Source of the DNA: Octopus vulgaris
Lineage: Eukaryota
Length of the DNA stretch: 64,000 nucleotides
Assembly: GCA_951406725.2 (NCBI GenBank)
Contig: OX597820.1
Coordinates: 119,040,001-119,104,000, forward strand
Direction of reading: 5' to 3'
The position numbers and the translations under genes are program-made. The notes under the pieces were generated by a model, which searched no databases, was not told the DNA's origin, and worked only from the letters and a program-made list of their open reading frames with translations. Below are positions 38,684 to 53,387 of the stretch, in pieces (positions within the stretch are counted from its first letter, which is position 1; each line of letters begins with the position of its first letter).

Positions 38684-39357
38684 GCGGAAAAGCTGGCAGA
38701 AACGTTAGCGTGTCAGGGGAAATGCTTATCAGCATTTTGTCTGCCGCTACGTTCTGAGTTCAAATTCCGCCGAGGTCGACTTTGCCTTTCATCCTTTCGG
38801 GGTCGATTAAATAAGTACCAGTTACACACTGGGGTCGATATAATCGACTTAATCCGTTTGTCTGTCCTCGTTTGTGTTCTCTGTGTTTAGCCCCTTGTGG
38901 GTAGTAAAGAAATAGGTATTTCGTCTACCGCTACGTTCTGAGTTCAAATTCCGCCGAAGTCTACTTTGCCTTTCATCCTTTCGGGGTCGATTAAATAAGT
39001 ACCAGTTACGCACTGGGGTCGATATAATCGCTTAATCCGTTTGTCTGTCCTCGTTTGTGCTCTCTGTGTTTACCCCCTTGTGGGTAGTAAAGAAATAGGT
39101 ATTTCGTCTGCCGCTACGTTGTGAGTTCAAATTCCGCCGAGGTCGACTTTGCCTTTCATCCTTTCGGAGTCGATTAAATAAGTACCAGTTACGCACTAGA
39201 GTCGATATAATCGACTTAATCCGTTTGTCTGTCCTTGTTTGTCCTCTTTGTGTTTAGCCCCTTGTGGGTAGTAAAGAAATAGGTATTTCTTCTGTCTTAC
39301 GTTCTGAGATCAAATTCCGACGAGGTCGACTTTACTTTCTTTTCGGGGTCGATAAAT
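38684..39357 (+). mobile_element. SINE family B tandem multimer (3 full modules plus 1 partial)
   Basis: Repeated module cgttctgagttcaaattccgccgaggtcgac...gtaaagaaatag. Confidence 0.9.
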
Positions 39358-39748
39358 GGGCCAATTGAATGCTGGGGAACAATGCTGAACAATGCGACAA
39401 AACCTAAAACGTCGTGGTTCCCGAGTGAGATTATTAACCATACAGCCATGTCTTCGCCTATATGCTAACTACTCGTACGTTTTGCTGTTAATTATTTCCG
39501 TTTTTCTGTTTTAGTTTAAAATGTTCTGATTTCGTCTTTGAGAAAGTTTGTACTTTTAGTAAATAGTCTGCATTTACAATTAAATCAATCAAAGCCGAGG
39601 GAGATATTCCGAATAAAACCAGACATCAACTAAAATGCCATATTTTACCTACGCATAATTTTAGATATCTTGTTTTCTCATATTTCAAATACGTGTTTCA
39701 AAAACGTTATTATGCTACGTTTAATATTATATCACTACTCCTGCTGTA

Positions 39749-39806
<58 letters not shown>

Positions 39807-40132
39807 CCGTATTTGATGGCCTATAAGACGCAGGAGTGCATTGTACGCACACTACCCAAGCTATACTTTTGTAAAATAAATTACTACTAAAATAATGATT
39901 TAATTCTTCCACTTACCTGTATAACTTTATGTTATTACCGGTAATAATAAGCAATTTATTGCATCCACATTCGATATAGGCAAGTCTACTAGGCTGCATC
40001 TATGTGGCCTCTGATGTATAATTTCGGCGAACAGTCGCAAGTTTTGAGCCTACATTGAGTGCATTGGGCGCAGGAGGATCTTTAAAGTCATTTTGGGGTA
40101 AAAATGGTGCGTCTTATAGGCCATCAAATACG

Positions 40133-40133
<1 letters not shown>
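39807..40133. mobile_element. Tc1/mariner-pogo type MITE
   Basis: Perfect 26-bp TIR CCGTATTTGATGGCCTATAAGACGCA; TA on left, TG on right. Confidence 0.88.
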
Positions 40134-40176
<43 letters not shown>

Positions 40177-40180
<4 letters not shown>

Positions 40181-40432
40181 GAAATATATTACGAAAAGAA
40201 AATATAAAATACTCGTGGAAATGTAAGGATAAAATATGAAAAATCAACGAAAATGCACATTGCAAATAGAAAAAGGCTATTTATGACAGGTAGTGACAAA
40301 TATATACATTTAGATTGACTGAGGTAGTAATATGAGTCATAGAAGTCATTATTATGAGATGATTATAAGATGATAATAAAGTAAGAGAACAAAACGGATC
40401 ATGGTTTACGCAAAGCTATTCATCGTTTGAAC
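40177..40432 (-). mobile_element. PLE-like terminal relic family P2
   Basis: Reverse complement of 56929-57184; adjacent to (TA)n; eroded hammerhead-like aCGATGA...AAACCAT. Confidence 0.5.
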
Positions 40433-40501
40433 AACACCGGTTAATACACGGTGTCAGGTCTAATAGTTCTTGAGAAAAAAGATTATTTTTAAGGGAGGTA
40501 A

Positions 40502-40558
<57 letters not shown>

Positions 40559-41538
40559 TAATTTTCAGGTGAGATGTTTACTTTTCCATTCTTTAATCTT
40601 ATCGTAGTCTGTGATATATTCTCGATTTAATACATTCATTTCTCTTTCTCAATCGAACAATTCAATCTCCTTTGTCTTCGTCTTTTCTTTATTCTGTCTA
40701 CGTGTTGGATACTCAGACACTATTTCAGTTATATAAAATACAAGCTTAAAGTGACCCGCTCTACGCGCAGGTGAGTGTGTGGTTGTTACTTTCTGTTGCT
40801 TCCTTTCTGTTTCTTATAGTAATCTTCTCCCTTTTTTTCTCTCTCCTTTCTCATTTTCCCACTCTCTTACTCATTCTTTCTCTCAGACTCTCCCCCGCTT
40901 TTTCTTACTCTCTATCTTTCTCTATCTATCTGTTTCCCATTTATAAAGAACAAAAGATCTTGAGTAAGTTGAGAAAGAAAATATTTTGAAAGATTAATCA
41001 TAAATATCAGGCGGTGACAACGAAAAGATCTGCTTCAAGGCAGACAGCAAAACACTAACATTTAAAAGGGACAGACGAACTTGCGAGCTGAATAAAAAAA
41101 AAAAAAATATTGGAAACCAAAGTTTGAAGGAATAGAATCTGAGGATAGTAGACTCGTCATGGCTGGCATTTCTTAACGACGGACAGCAACGTACTGAACT
41201 TGACGTAAAAGAAAATTCCTAAAAGTTTTGAATTGATTCTTTCTCACGACAGTAGACTCACCATGGCAAGCATTCAAAACTTCTTCATGACGGACGGCAA
41301 CACATTGACGATTTGAAGGCTGGAGCAAATTTTTTAGTTTGATGTAACAGAGAATTCCTAAACACCCGCTCCTGTAAATTTTAATCCCTTTCCACATTTT
41401 GGTTAATATAACCCGATTTCATTCGGGTCTACTCGGGCCACAATTTATAAGATGAGGTATTCTGTCCTAGAGGACACGCCTTTCATTTGAGAAAAAAAAT
41501 AGTTGCCATACAAACTCGCCAGCACTTTTAGAAATTAT

Positions 41539-41588
<50 letters not shown>

Positions 41589-42180
41589 GTATATATATAT
41601 ATATATATATTAACCCAATAAATATCTGATTCATAATATTTGTTCTCATGATTGGGTGGTGGTGGTAGCAATAATAATTCTCTCTATGAATGCAGACAGA
41701 CGTAGAGAGAGAGAGAGAGAGAGAGGATGTGTGAGAAAGAGTGATAGCGCTGGCGAAGGCGGCGGAGGAAAGATAGTAGAAGCTGTCAAACGTCGTTATA
41801 GAGAAAGGGAATGGAAGGGAGGGGAGAGAGAGAGAGACAGAGAAAGACAGGCAGATCAGAGAAAGAGAGAAACGACAAACTCTTGTCAAAGTGTGGGTTT
41901 TTGCCCTAGTAGCCGCAGCTTCTGAGATAGGGATTTCTAACCTAGCCCACTCACATCCCCGCCTCTTTTTACGTGTCTCTGTAAATACTGGGGCGAATCC
42001 GACGGGATCTAGTGCCCTTTAACCCGTTCCAATGCCAAAACCAGACAAACAAACAAACTTTTCGCATTTCAGATTTATAGATATTGATTTAAAAGTACAA
42101 AATAAGCTTACTACATCCTTACTGATATCAACGTAGTTTTAGTCTGCCACCCTATCACTCATACTGAACTTTGTACGGCA

Positions 42181-42273
42181 CGTTCATTACATTTATTCCG
42201 TTCATTACATTTATTCCCTTCATTACGTTTATTCCGTTCATCACATTTATTTCGTGCATTACATTTATTTCGT
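42181..42273. repeat. 18-bp minisatellite x5 (cgttcattacatttattc)
   Basis: Direct reading. Confidence 0.9.
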
Positions 42274-42699
42274 ATTAGATTTATCTTCCACGTTTTTCTT
42301 TTTCCTTCCAAATCAAATGTGTTGAAATTTATAAAGTGATATCGTGTAGCTTTTCTACACTTTTACAATCATTGCTTCACACTTTTTAGACTTATATCAC
42401 TTTTCTTTCAAATACTTTTTGATATAATTTGCCCAGATTTGTCGATAAATAATGTTCTCGTCATTAGCTCTTTCAAAGTGTGACGTTTCTGGTGCATTCA
42501 GTGGGTGCACTTTTCTTCTAAGTAAAAGAAATTTTTCTTACTGATCGATACAAACCTAAGATTTATGTAAACGTTTACTTTCTGTAAAAACAAAAGTATT
42601 ATTCACTATATGCCTCAGAAAGCGACAGAAGTACCTGCTCCAAAAGCTGAATAATACCTGGATCATTGGACACAAAAGGAGGACTACGGAAACTAAACC

Positions 42700-42990
42700 A
42701 AGAAAATTATTAAGGGTGGGGCAAGTTAAGTAATTTCTGATTCTTCGTTATTTTCCTTCTGACTGTTTGAGACCTTTACATTGCAAGTATTGCATCATCA
42801 TTTATACTGTTGAGTTACAATTGGGAAGTATAGTTTCTATAGTTCAAGTTGAGAGAGTTTGAAACCTCGGGGACGTGCTTCTTTTTACAGACACATTTCC
42901 CTCAAATTTGACCCGATCGTAATTGAAAATATAATATCTGGATAACATTTGGTGTTTCACAATCAAAATTCTTTTCTTCGTTGGATTGCA
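42700..42990 (-). pseudogene. Possible Penelope GIY-YIG endonuclease relic
   Basis: Minus frame KNFDCETPNVI resembles the PLE F.C.S.NVIY motif; downstream frames broken. Confidence 0.35.
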
Positions 42991-43229
42991 GGTCAATTTT
43001 CCCGCATTAATGTCCTCTTTGATAATTTTCTATTTCCCCCACCAAAATGGTGCCTAATAGTGTGGCAAAAAGCGTAATGACTAATTTTAATAATTTCCTT
43101 TTCTTTAATTGCATGGTGCGTAAATATAGCAGGAATTGAACTCCACCGGCAAACTGCGAAAAAGCAACAGAGAAGATTTTATTATGAGTGTATAGATCTA
43201 GTCCAGTTTCGTTAATTTCACACCATGTG

Positions 43230-43505
43230 AACTGGTACTTAACTTATCGACCTTGAAATGATGAAATGCAAATCGACCTCGGTAGAATTTTAAACCAGAC
43301 ATAAAAACAGACGAAATACGGCGAAATGCTTAGCGATATTTTGTCTGTCTTGACGTTCTGAGTTCAAATTCCGCCGAGGTAGACTTTGCTTTTCATCCTT
43401 TCGGGGTCGATAAATTAAGTACCATACCAGTTGTGTACTGAGGTGGTCTAATCGACTGGTCCCCTCCCCGAAAATTTCGGGCCTTGTGCCTAGAACAGAA
43501 AAGAA
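43230..43505. mobile_element. Two SINE B fragments joined head-to-head
   Basis: 43230-43318 minus, 43319-43505 plus. Confidence 0.7.
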
Positions 43506-43569
43506 TAATAATTATTTCAAATTATGACACAAGAATGTAAATTTAGATAGATGGATAGATGTAGAAATA

Positions 43570-43570
43570 G

Positions 43571-43661
<91 letters not shown>

Positions 43662-43790
43662 GAAAGAGAGAGAGAGAGAGATAGTAAGAGAGATAGATAA
43701 ATAGAGATAGAGAGAGAGAGATAGATAGAGAGAGAGTTAGAGAGAGAGTGAGAGAGATAGATAGATAGAGGAAGAGAGAGAGAAGTGGTG
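43570..43790. repeat. (GATA)n/(GA)n microsatellite
   Basis: Direct reading. Confidence 0.95.
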
Positions 43791-44601
43791 AGAAAGATTA
43801 CCTGGACTATATTCCTTGAGATGTACTGTTTTTTATCGACTGCAATATGCTGAAAGGAACGAAGCTGGCTGAGGCCTTATTAGAACCCAGAACGTAAACA
43901 GACGGAAGAAATGCTGCAAACAATTCCGATGTGCCAACCATTCCGTCAGAACTCCGCCTTACTACCAGAATTACTACTAATACTACAGAAGATTATGATA
44001 ATGATGATGATGATGATGTAGTTATTAGTGGTGGTGGTGGTGGTGGTGGGGATAATGACGATGATGAAAAAAGAAGATCGATACATTAAAACAAGATCGA
44101 TAGAGCGTCAGAATGAACACAAGAAGGAAAAAGAAAAGCCAACGAAGAACCAAGATGTCTGAAAAGAAATGAAGAATAACAACAACAGCAACAACAACAA
44201 CTACCTCCAGCGCACGCATACTTTATCATCTATACCAACATTAAATCTCCGTTTGCTTTGCTATAATGTCCAGCATCGGGTCATATATTTTCCTACGGTT
44301 AGTTTTAAATGCGGAATGAGAATTAGACGCTTTTCTTTCACAAACCATTTAGTGTAGGGCACAGGCGGTAGTTTTAAGAGCGAGAACTATGCGGAACCCA
44401 ATATCGCATGACTTATTGTACAGTTCAGTTGATGTTAACAACATCATTATGCCAGCAGATGTCACTAATTATCAACAAGGTTGAGCAAATGGCGCATACA
44501 AATGTTATTGTTGAAAGGAAAGGATACGCGGTTTTAACGATTAATTGAAAGTAAATGCGTAGCGTTCCAACCACTTTTTGATATGTAAGCATGTCCGTAT
44601 A

Positions 44602-44633
<32 letters not shown>

Positions 44634-44656
44634 CATACATATACATACATACATAC

Positions 44657-44709
<53 letters not shown>

Positions 44710-46085
44710 CAGACACATTTACCTACATATACACTGCATTTGCTTCTATTCAGACACCAAATTACGTAAATGCGTATACTGTAAATTTTAAGGACATGTG
44801 TGCGTGTATGTGTGTATATATATTTGTGTCGGTTTGTGTGTTTATAGATATACGTAATGTATATGAGTATTTACGTTCATTTATCTGTTTAACATTTTTT
44901 TAAATACATACATACAGCTAGAAAGTTTGCAAATATATATATATATATATACATACTACAAAAATATATGCGTGTATGCATTAATAGGTATAAATTATAT
45001 ATATATATATATATATACATACGCTCTCGCTAACACACATACATGCATATATACACATTACATGCATACACACATTACTTTATGAATGCACATGGTAGTG
45101 TATACATATATTTGCATAAATCTCCAAGTATATATGTATATATAAATTTATGTATATCTGAATGCATCTATATATAAACGCATGTATACATATATATATG
45201 CGCATGTATATGCATGCATATTGCATGTGTACATGTATATATATATATATATATATGCATATATATATATACATTCACACATATACTTATAGATGCACAT
45301 ACACACACATCCTATGCATATGTACGTATGAAGTTATGTATCTATGTAGGTATAGACAACGTGGGTAATAGATAACGAGGGAGCTCTGTGAACGCTTGAT
45401 ATAGATTTCTGGTTTGTAATTTATTTCACTGTGTTTACTCTGTGTGTATATATGTGTATATATACCGTGTAAGCAGTGATTTACACAAACGGCTTGATTG
45501 CTCGCTTATTTTTTTTTTTCATATGTTCCATAGAATTTCAATAGATCAACCTTGCGAAGAATTTAATAGAAAACACTAATATCGAGTTTCTTCATCATGT
45601 AGTCGTCATCAACATCATCGCGAACAACAATTCCGAATGCAAAAACAACGATAACGAACGCAGTTTATGGAGGAAAGAATTTTAATGGCTGTTCCTCGCC
45701 GGGAAAGGCAACACGTAGCTATCTATGCTGCCATTCCAGAATCAATGGCAACAAATTTAGCTAATGAAAAAATAAGTACAAGAATAGTAATAACGATATC
45801 CATTAAATAACAGCAGCAACAACAACAACAACAACAACAGCAGCAGTCTCAACTGCATGCAAATTGTTATTTCTACGACAAGTAAATTAACAGCAGTCAT
45901 TACAACAACAAAAACCCGTTACAACAACAACAACATCAATCGCTATTACAACATTTGTTACTTAGAACGAAAGTATTGCTACGGTCATTACAATAACAAA
46001 AGTCCATTGCAACAACCTCAGCAACAGTAATAACATTACAGAAACGAAATTGCGAGTCCGGCCAGCGCTCTCTCTCTCTCTCTCT

Positions 46086-46142
<57 letters not shown>

Positions 46143-48410
46143 CATATATGAGATGAATGGTCGAGCAGAAAGAAAAATGTTATCGGTAACAAGACAACAT
46201 AATATAAAAACACAGGCAAAAACAACAGCAAAATGACCAACACAAATGACCATCACTACTGCTGCTGTAACGGAATACTGGACAGCTGCGGCCGGAGAAC
46301 ATTAACAACTTGTATGGCCCATGTACCTCTTCAGTAAAGTAACACAATTAATCCCCGATAACAGAACATGTTACACCCCACCCCACCACCACTACCGCTA
46401 TAACTCTCTCTACCATCACAGCCACTACAACCATTGCAATCGGTACCACCACCGCCACTGCCTCCACCACCATCTACTTGTTAACTATCGCGTCACCCCT
46501 CCAAATCACTTCACATCACACCGCTAGTAACATATGCAACATCCATCCACTACTCTCATGTAACCCCCTCATCCACACAGTTCAACAAAGCAACCTCTTT
46601 GTGGTCAATTCTCCTGCTGGAAACGGCAGCTAAATCTTTCTCAAATCATGCCCTTCTGTCTTAAAAACAATAATACACTGGATAATAAGATCATAGATTA
46701 CCTGTATATAACAAAATTTCCTAATATCTCTGGCCCGAATAATCTTTGAGCATAATTTTGATCGTTAAGGGCTGGCCTAGGACAGAATAATAGTAGTAAC
46801 AACCCTCATTATAGCTAACAGCAATGAAACAGTAAAAGTTCCAAGTAAGAGGCGTCTATGCATTAAGTACATATATGATATAATCACGTACAATCACGTA
46901 TAATCACGTGTAATCACGTATAATGAGAAATTAGCTGAAACTATTCACGCTACGTACAAAAATCTTCCCACTGGTATAAAAACTTTTTTAAAAACCTGTG
47001 CAATTCATGGGAAATAACTCCAATGATATCAGCCATACAATATATTTTGAAAACAAAGCTGAATTATAAAGGATTAAACATTGTTTTTAAAGGCAAGGGT
47101 TGAAAACAACCGGCATGTTTCGGTATTTTTAGATTTCCTCAGCACATCGTATTCAACTCAGTACCCCAGATGTTGATACGATCTGTATATATAGAAGTAG
47201 ATGCGGTTGATAATCAATATCAACAATACAACTGAAGAAAATTACTTCAGTTGAACATTCTGTGTAATAAGTATTCATAATAAGTATTCCTAATAATCTT
47301 GCTCACATACTGTATGTTGCGACACTTATAACTCACTAATCAATCTTGCTCGTAATTAAACATAGTTACGGGCGAATATGAGATAAACTACAGCAAGTTC
47401 AACACTAAGAAAATAACACATTAATGTACCGTTGGTGGCGCTTCTACGAGCTTACTTGTCTGTTCAATTAGAAATAGCAACCACATCTCCAACGAAATTA
47501 ACGAAATTAACCTGAAGAATGTAGAAATTAAACAATTTGGTCCTGCAACCATTTAGCAAATACTTGATGGATAGGATGGTCACCATTTTGTGATATTTCT
47601 GGAAGATGACTGATGCCCTAGAACTGTGGATAACAATAATGTCTAGGAGAGAATAGGGGAGTCTTGGCGTAATCACTAAGTCTGCAAGAAATAGCAGTAA
47701 ACTCTATCTAAAATATATATTATACTGGCTAAAAAGACTTTGCGAATCGTAACTTGATATGCATTCTGGCTGAAAAGTGGGGAAAGAAAAAGATGAAATG
47801 GCTACTGTTTGCATGATATTCTTCGTATGTCTGATTGATCAGGGCAGAACCAGAGCATTGAGCAGAGCATTGACAATTGTGTTATTAACAATAAAAAGCA
47901 GGTTCATGTTGTCGATAGATCTCTTAGTAATAGTAGTGAAAGAAAGCCTCATTTAACACATGAACAAGCACGTTTGGTAATGTAACTCTAAAATGTTATG
48001 GTCCTAACAAACTTTCAGGTGCCTGGATATACTTTGTGATTGTTTTCTCAGAGAGATTACTTGAGGTTAAGCAATATAGACTCGTATGATTACAAGGACA
48101 ATTATCAGCAGTATTAGAACAAGAATCACAATGACATGATTAAAAAAAGCATTCATTCACAACGAAAGTGGGTGTCCAACCTGGTATTGTCGCAAATATC
48201 TTGTATGAAAGCTTCAAGTCGACGCAGGATGGGAGTGAAATTGCGTATACAGGCACAGATTGAATGCTAGTTGTCTGCGCTGTTGTTAAATTACAGGTCT
48301 TACATTGTGTCACTCTATCCTGCTGATTCTGCCTCGGTATTAACCAAATATATTTTTGTGGAATACTCAGGCACTTATTTCACAATTTTACGAGGAACAA
48401 GTTCTGAATA

Positions 48411-48641
48411 TACTCTTTACTCTTTTCTTTTTTACTTGTTTCAGTCATTTGACTGCGGCCATGCTGGAGCACCGCCTTTAGTCGAGCAAATCGACCCCAG
48501 GACTTATTCTTTGTAAGTCTAGTACTTATTCTATCGGTCTCTTTTGCCGAACCGCTAAGTTATGGGGACGTAAACACACCAGCATCGGTTGTCAAGCAAT
48601 GCTAGGGAGACAGACACAAAAACAAAAACACACACATATAT

Positions 48642-48722
<81 letters not shown>

Positions 48723-48874
48723 GCTTCTTTCAGTTTCCGTCTACCAAATCCACTCACAAGGCATTGGTCGGCCCGGGGCTATAGCAGAAGACACTTACCC
48801 AAGACGCCACGCAGTGGGACTGAACCCGGAATCATGTGGCTGGTTAGCAAGCTACTTACCACACAGCCACTCCT
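48411..48874 (-). mobile_element. SINE family A
   Basis: Matches 36773-37184; expanded internal (TA)n. Confidence 0.92.
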
Positions 48875-49555
48875 AGAATATTTTGCAATGAAGTTCATTA
48901 GTGATTCGTTAGAGATTATTAAGCTAAAATGTTTATCAATATATCATCAGTTTCAATTGGAACAGAATGATTTAACTCAGATCAAAGAATACGTGACAAA
49001 GATGTACAGGGTTAACGAATGCAGAAATTGCAAAGGCGAAATTCCTCACGTTGTAGTGTTGTCATTTGATTTTTGAAACCCAAAATATGTTAAGAGGGAG
49101 AACAATTATGCTAAAACTTCAGATTTATGATGTATGGCTTTATACAGCTCTTGCTAAACATGGAAAATTATTTCCCTCTAAGGTCATCATTTATCAACAA
49201 ATATTATAACAGCTGAGCTCTCAATTCCTTTTACGAAAGCTTAGCTATCAACAAGAGCAGAGGAAACATTATTAAATCGCAAAGGTGTTAAGAAGAAATT
49301 TAGAAGCAAACACTGTGTATATTAATCTCATAATTTGCATCAACTTGCTGGAAAATTTCACTTTAGCATAAAATTAAGAAGGTTCAGCTGAGGAAAAGAT
49401 AAAATTGTGAGATATATTGTTTCCAACATAATCCAGGTGTTGAATTTTAAGTGAAGGTGTTCAAATTATGAAACAAACCAAGACTTGAGTGTCTTCCCTT
49501 TCAAAATAAATATTTTTCTGACAAATTCTTGGGTATCCTTGGAGAAATGTAGTAT

Positions 49556-49978
49556 GGACGCAGGAGTGGTTGTGTGGTAAGGAGCTTGCTAACCAACCAC
49601 ACAGTTCCGGGTTCAGTCCCACTGCGTGGCATCTTGGGTAAGTGTCTTCTGCTATAGCCCCGGGCCGACCAATGCCTTGTGAGTGGATTTGGTAGACGGA
49701 AACTGAAAGAAGCCTGTCGTATATATGTATATATATATGTGTGTGTGTGTATGTGTGTGTGTATGTCTGTGTTTGTCCCCCTAGCATTGCTTGACAACCG
49801 ATGCTGGTGTGTTTATGTCCCCATCACATAGCGGTTCGGCAAAAGAGACCGATAGAATAAGTACTGGGCTTACAAAGAATAAGTCCCGGGGTCGATTTGC
49901 TCGACTATAAGGCGGTGCTCCAGCATGGCCGCAGTCAAATGACTGAAACAAGTAAAAGAATAAAAGAATAAAAGAATA
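49556..49978 (+). mobile_element. SINE family A
   Basis: Full length with (TAAAAGAA)n tail. Confidence 0.92.
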
Positions 49979-49992
49979 TATATATATGTGTA

Positions 49993-50032
<40 letters not shown>

Positions 50033-50522
50033 GGTATGTATTTAAGTATGTATGTATGCAAATACATATAAGTACGTAAGTTAGTGCACGTGCTCATGCA
50101 GTGAAAGATTGTCTTTATATTTTTTGAGATATTTTAATGAATTCTTTGGAAAAAAAAATTATGCAGTGTCTTGGATTATCGTGATTGACTACAATAAATT
50201 TCGGATGGTTCGCTTTTTGTATGAATGACCTGGAGACACAATACAATGAGGTTTAAGTTAACAAGTTTGTAATCAGTTTAAACATCATTCCACACAACTA
50301 TATTAATATACGCCGTATCAATAATTTTCATTATCTTTTTTCATGCAGAAAGAACCCAACCAATGACAGTTGATATATAATTTGACTCTCTTGTATTGAA
50401 ATGTTTTGAAGCAGCTTCAGAATAACAGAATGTTTTATTCTATATATATTTTAATTGGGCAAGTAAAAACAGTGAAACGGCAGATCTACCAATTCCTACA
50501 TAGCTGTATGAAGATAGACGAA

Positions 50523-50751
50523 GGTGGCGAGCTGGCGGAAACGTTAGCACGTCGGGCGAAATGCGTAGCTGCATTTCGTCTGCTCTTACGTTCTGAGTTC
50601 AAATTCCGCCGAGATCGACTTTGCTTTTCATCCTTTCGGAGTCGATTAAATAAGTACCAGTTAGGCACTGGGGTTGATATAATCGACTTAATCCGTTTGT
50701 CTGTCCTTGTTTGTTCTCTCTGTATTTAGCCACTTGTGGGTAGTAAAGAAA
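50523..50751 (+). mobile_element. SINE family B monomer
   Basis: Head, B box, tail all present. Confidence 0.9.
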
Positions 50752-51189
50752 TATGTATATAGAAAATAGTAACAACATTGAAGAGCCGCATTTTGATACC
50801 TGTGGCCGTGTGTGTGTGGCCGTGTGTGTATATGTGGGTGTGGTGAAAACACTATTTTGGATTTTAAAGAAGTTAAATTTTTTTCCGAGATATGAACAAT
50901 GAATTGCATGTATTACAAAAATCCAACAACTTAGATTTCGGCAGTGGCTGGTCTGAATATTTTATCAAAACATTCTCTATACAAATACGATGACTTGCGG
51001 TTGAATCCTTTTGCAAATCGGAAGAATAAATAGTATGAATTCTTCAGTCTTGACCCATGACCTGTATTGAGTTCTTTAGTTGAATTGTGGATATTTAATT
51101 CATATTCTCGTAACTCGAATTTCATTAGAATGCATCTTGTGATGAATACAGAAAATCATAGTTGAAGAAATGAGAGATGTGAGTTGTTT

Positions 51190-51242
<53 letters not shown>

Positions 51243-51399
51243 AGAGAGAGAAAGAGAGAGAGAGAGCGAGCGAAAGAGAGAGAGAAAGAGCAAGAGAGAG
51301 AATCATCGTCTTTTGGATATATAATGTAGACTATAACTCCCGAATGTATAAACAATCACACACGTATAGACGTGTATACTTTTATCTGTTCATGTATAC

Positions 51400-51488
<89 letters not shown>

Positions 51489-52143
51489 CGTCTATATCTG
51501 TGTGTGTGTGTGTATGTATACACATAAGTGTTTGTATGTTCAAGTTTTCAGTGTGTTTACGAGAACATTATTCTTATATGTAAATCCTTCTTGTTCGATG
51601 TTGAAATCACATAAGACAAAATCGTGTTTCGAAAGTGCAACCATTTCAAAGTCACTATTAAATGTAAGAAACTAAGAAACAAAGCCACAAGAACAGAACA
51701 AAGAAAAATTATTTACATTTAAATTATAAAACGTGTGACGAAATGTCACGACCAACCAGTTATAGTTAAACATTTTACGATTTTTTTAAAAGCTCTTTAC
51801 GGCTGTCTTATTTACATATTTATGTTTTGTAATTTAGATTGAAAATACATTGGTGCATACTAATTATTCAGGCCTTCAACATTGTTTTATTTTCAATGTG
51901 TTCGTTGTCTTTATATTACATTAATTCCAAGCGCTTTTCTTTGTTCTTTTCGCCTCTACGTAAGTAAAACAAATGACACCAATACATACATCCATTTATC
52001 TAAAATTCCATTCCATTCTTGACTCAACGAGGTCTTAAGGGTATTCAAAATAATGATTTCAGTTGTATATTTTGTTTAAATGGACATTCCTAAACATATA
52101 TTCAACGTCAGGTTTTTATGATATCGTAAGTAAATAAGTTTGT

Positions 52144-52181
<38 letters not shown>

Positions 52182-52192
52182 ACAAACTTATA

Positions 52193-52269
<77 letters not shown>

Positions 52270-53172
52270 GTGTGTGTGTGTTGTTAAGTATGTATGTATG
52301 CAAATACATATAAGTACGTAAGTTAGTGCACGTGATCATGCAGCGAAAGAAGGTCTTTATATTTTTTTGAGATATTTTAATGGATTCTTTGGAAAAAAAA
52401 TATTATGCAGTGTCTTGGATTATCGTGATCTACGTTGATGACGAGAATACACAAACAAAAAATTTATAAAAAAAACCAAACAGATATAAATTACACTTCA
52501 TTCGTTCACGCACCCAGTAATCGTTTAATATGCGTTAAGGGTTAAATGTTGAGTTTTATATGAAACCATGTCTTCATAGATCATACTGTTCTATTTGTTT
52601 AAATTTACGTTTGATATTTTTTTAATTTCATCGTTTTTTACTCTTATTTTCTCCTCGTTATGCAAAATAACCCACTATTTCCAAGTATTTCTCACGTTTG
52701 GCATTCATTCAAGCCCTTAACATGAGAAAAGAAGAGGGGAAGCTGTGATTTTTGTCTTGCTAATGTAATTCTAAGGAATTGGTGCAAAACCAGAACAAGA
52801 AAATGTCGAGGTTTCGACTCACTCAGTGGTTATTGAGAATAAAACAGCTTTCCACACACGGATTTATTAGCAGGAAATGAAAATGATTCAAATAGGATTT
52901 CGAGTTCCAAATTTTCCAGAAGAAAATCATTCGGCATTACTGTCAGAAATAATTGTTTTATTTTGAAGACTGCAATAAAATACAACTTGGTTAAATTACG
53001 CAATCTTTTCACACGGCAAACTGTTCTTCCAAAGTTTTTCTTCTGCTGTAATTGATCGAAGCGACGATCAAAGTGTAAATTCAATGAATTGAGATATTTT
53101 ATTCTAATAAATTAATCTCTCTTTTTCTTGTTAATGACTCTATCATAATTCATAATTCTAGAAGCCAAAATC

Positions 53173-53387
53173 TATTTCTTTAATGCCCACAGGAGGCTAA
53201 ACATAGAGGGGATAAACAAGGACAGACAAAGCAATTAAGTCGATTACATCGACCCCAGTGCCTAACTGGTACTTATTTAATCGACCCCGAAGGGATGAAA
53301 GGCAAAGTCGACCCCGGCGGAATTTGAACTCAGAACGTAACGGCAGTCGAAATACCGCTAGGCATTCCGACCGGCGTGCTAACGATT
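53173..53387 (-). mobile_element. SINE family B
   Basis: Body and tail; imperfect TSD agaagccaaaatc/agagaccaaaatc. Confidence 0.88.

Noticed and set aside
44000-46600. Host exons or enhancer in the repeat-poorer region
   Set aside because: No convincing ORF with splice signals; small exons cannot be excluded without transcript alignment
47105-47150. Hammerhead on minus strand (CTGAGGA...GAAACATG)
   Set aside because: Stems I and II do not pair and there is no NUH site
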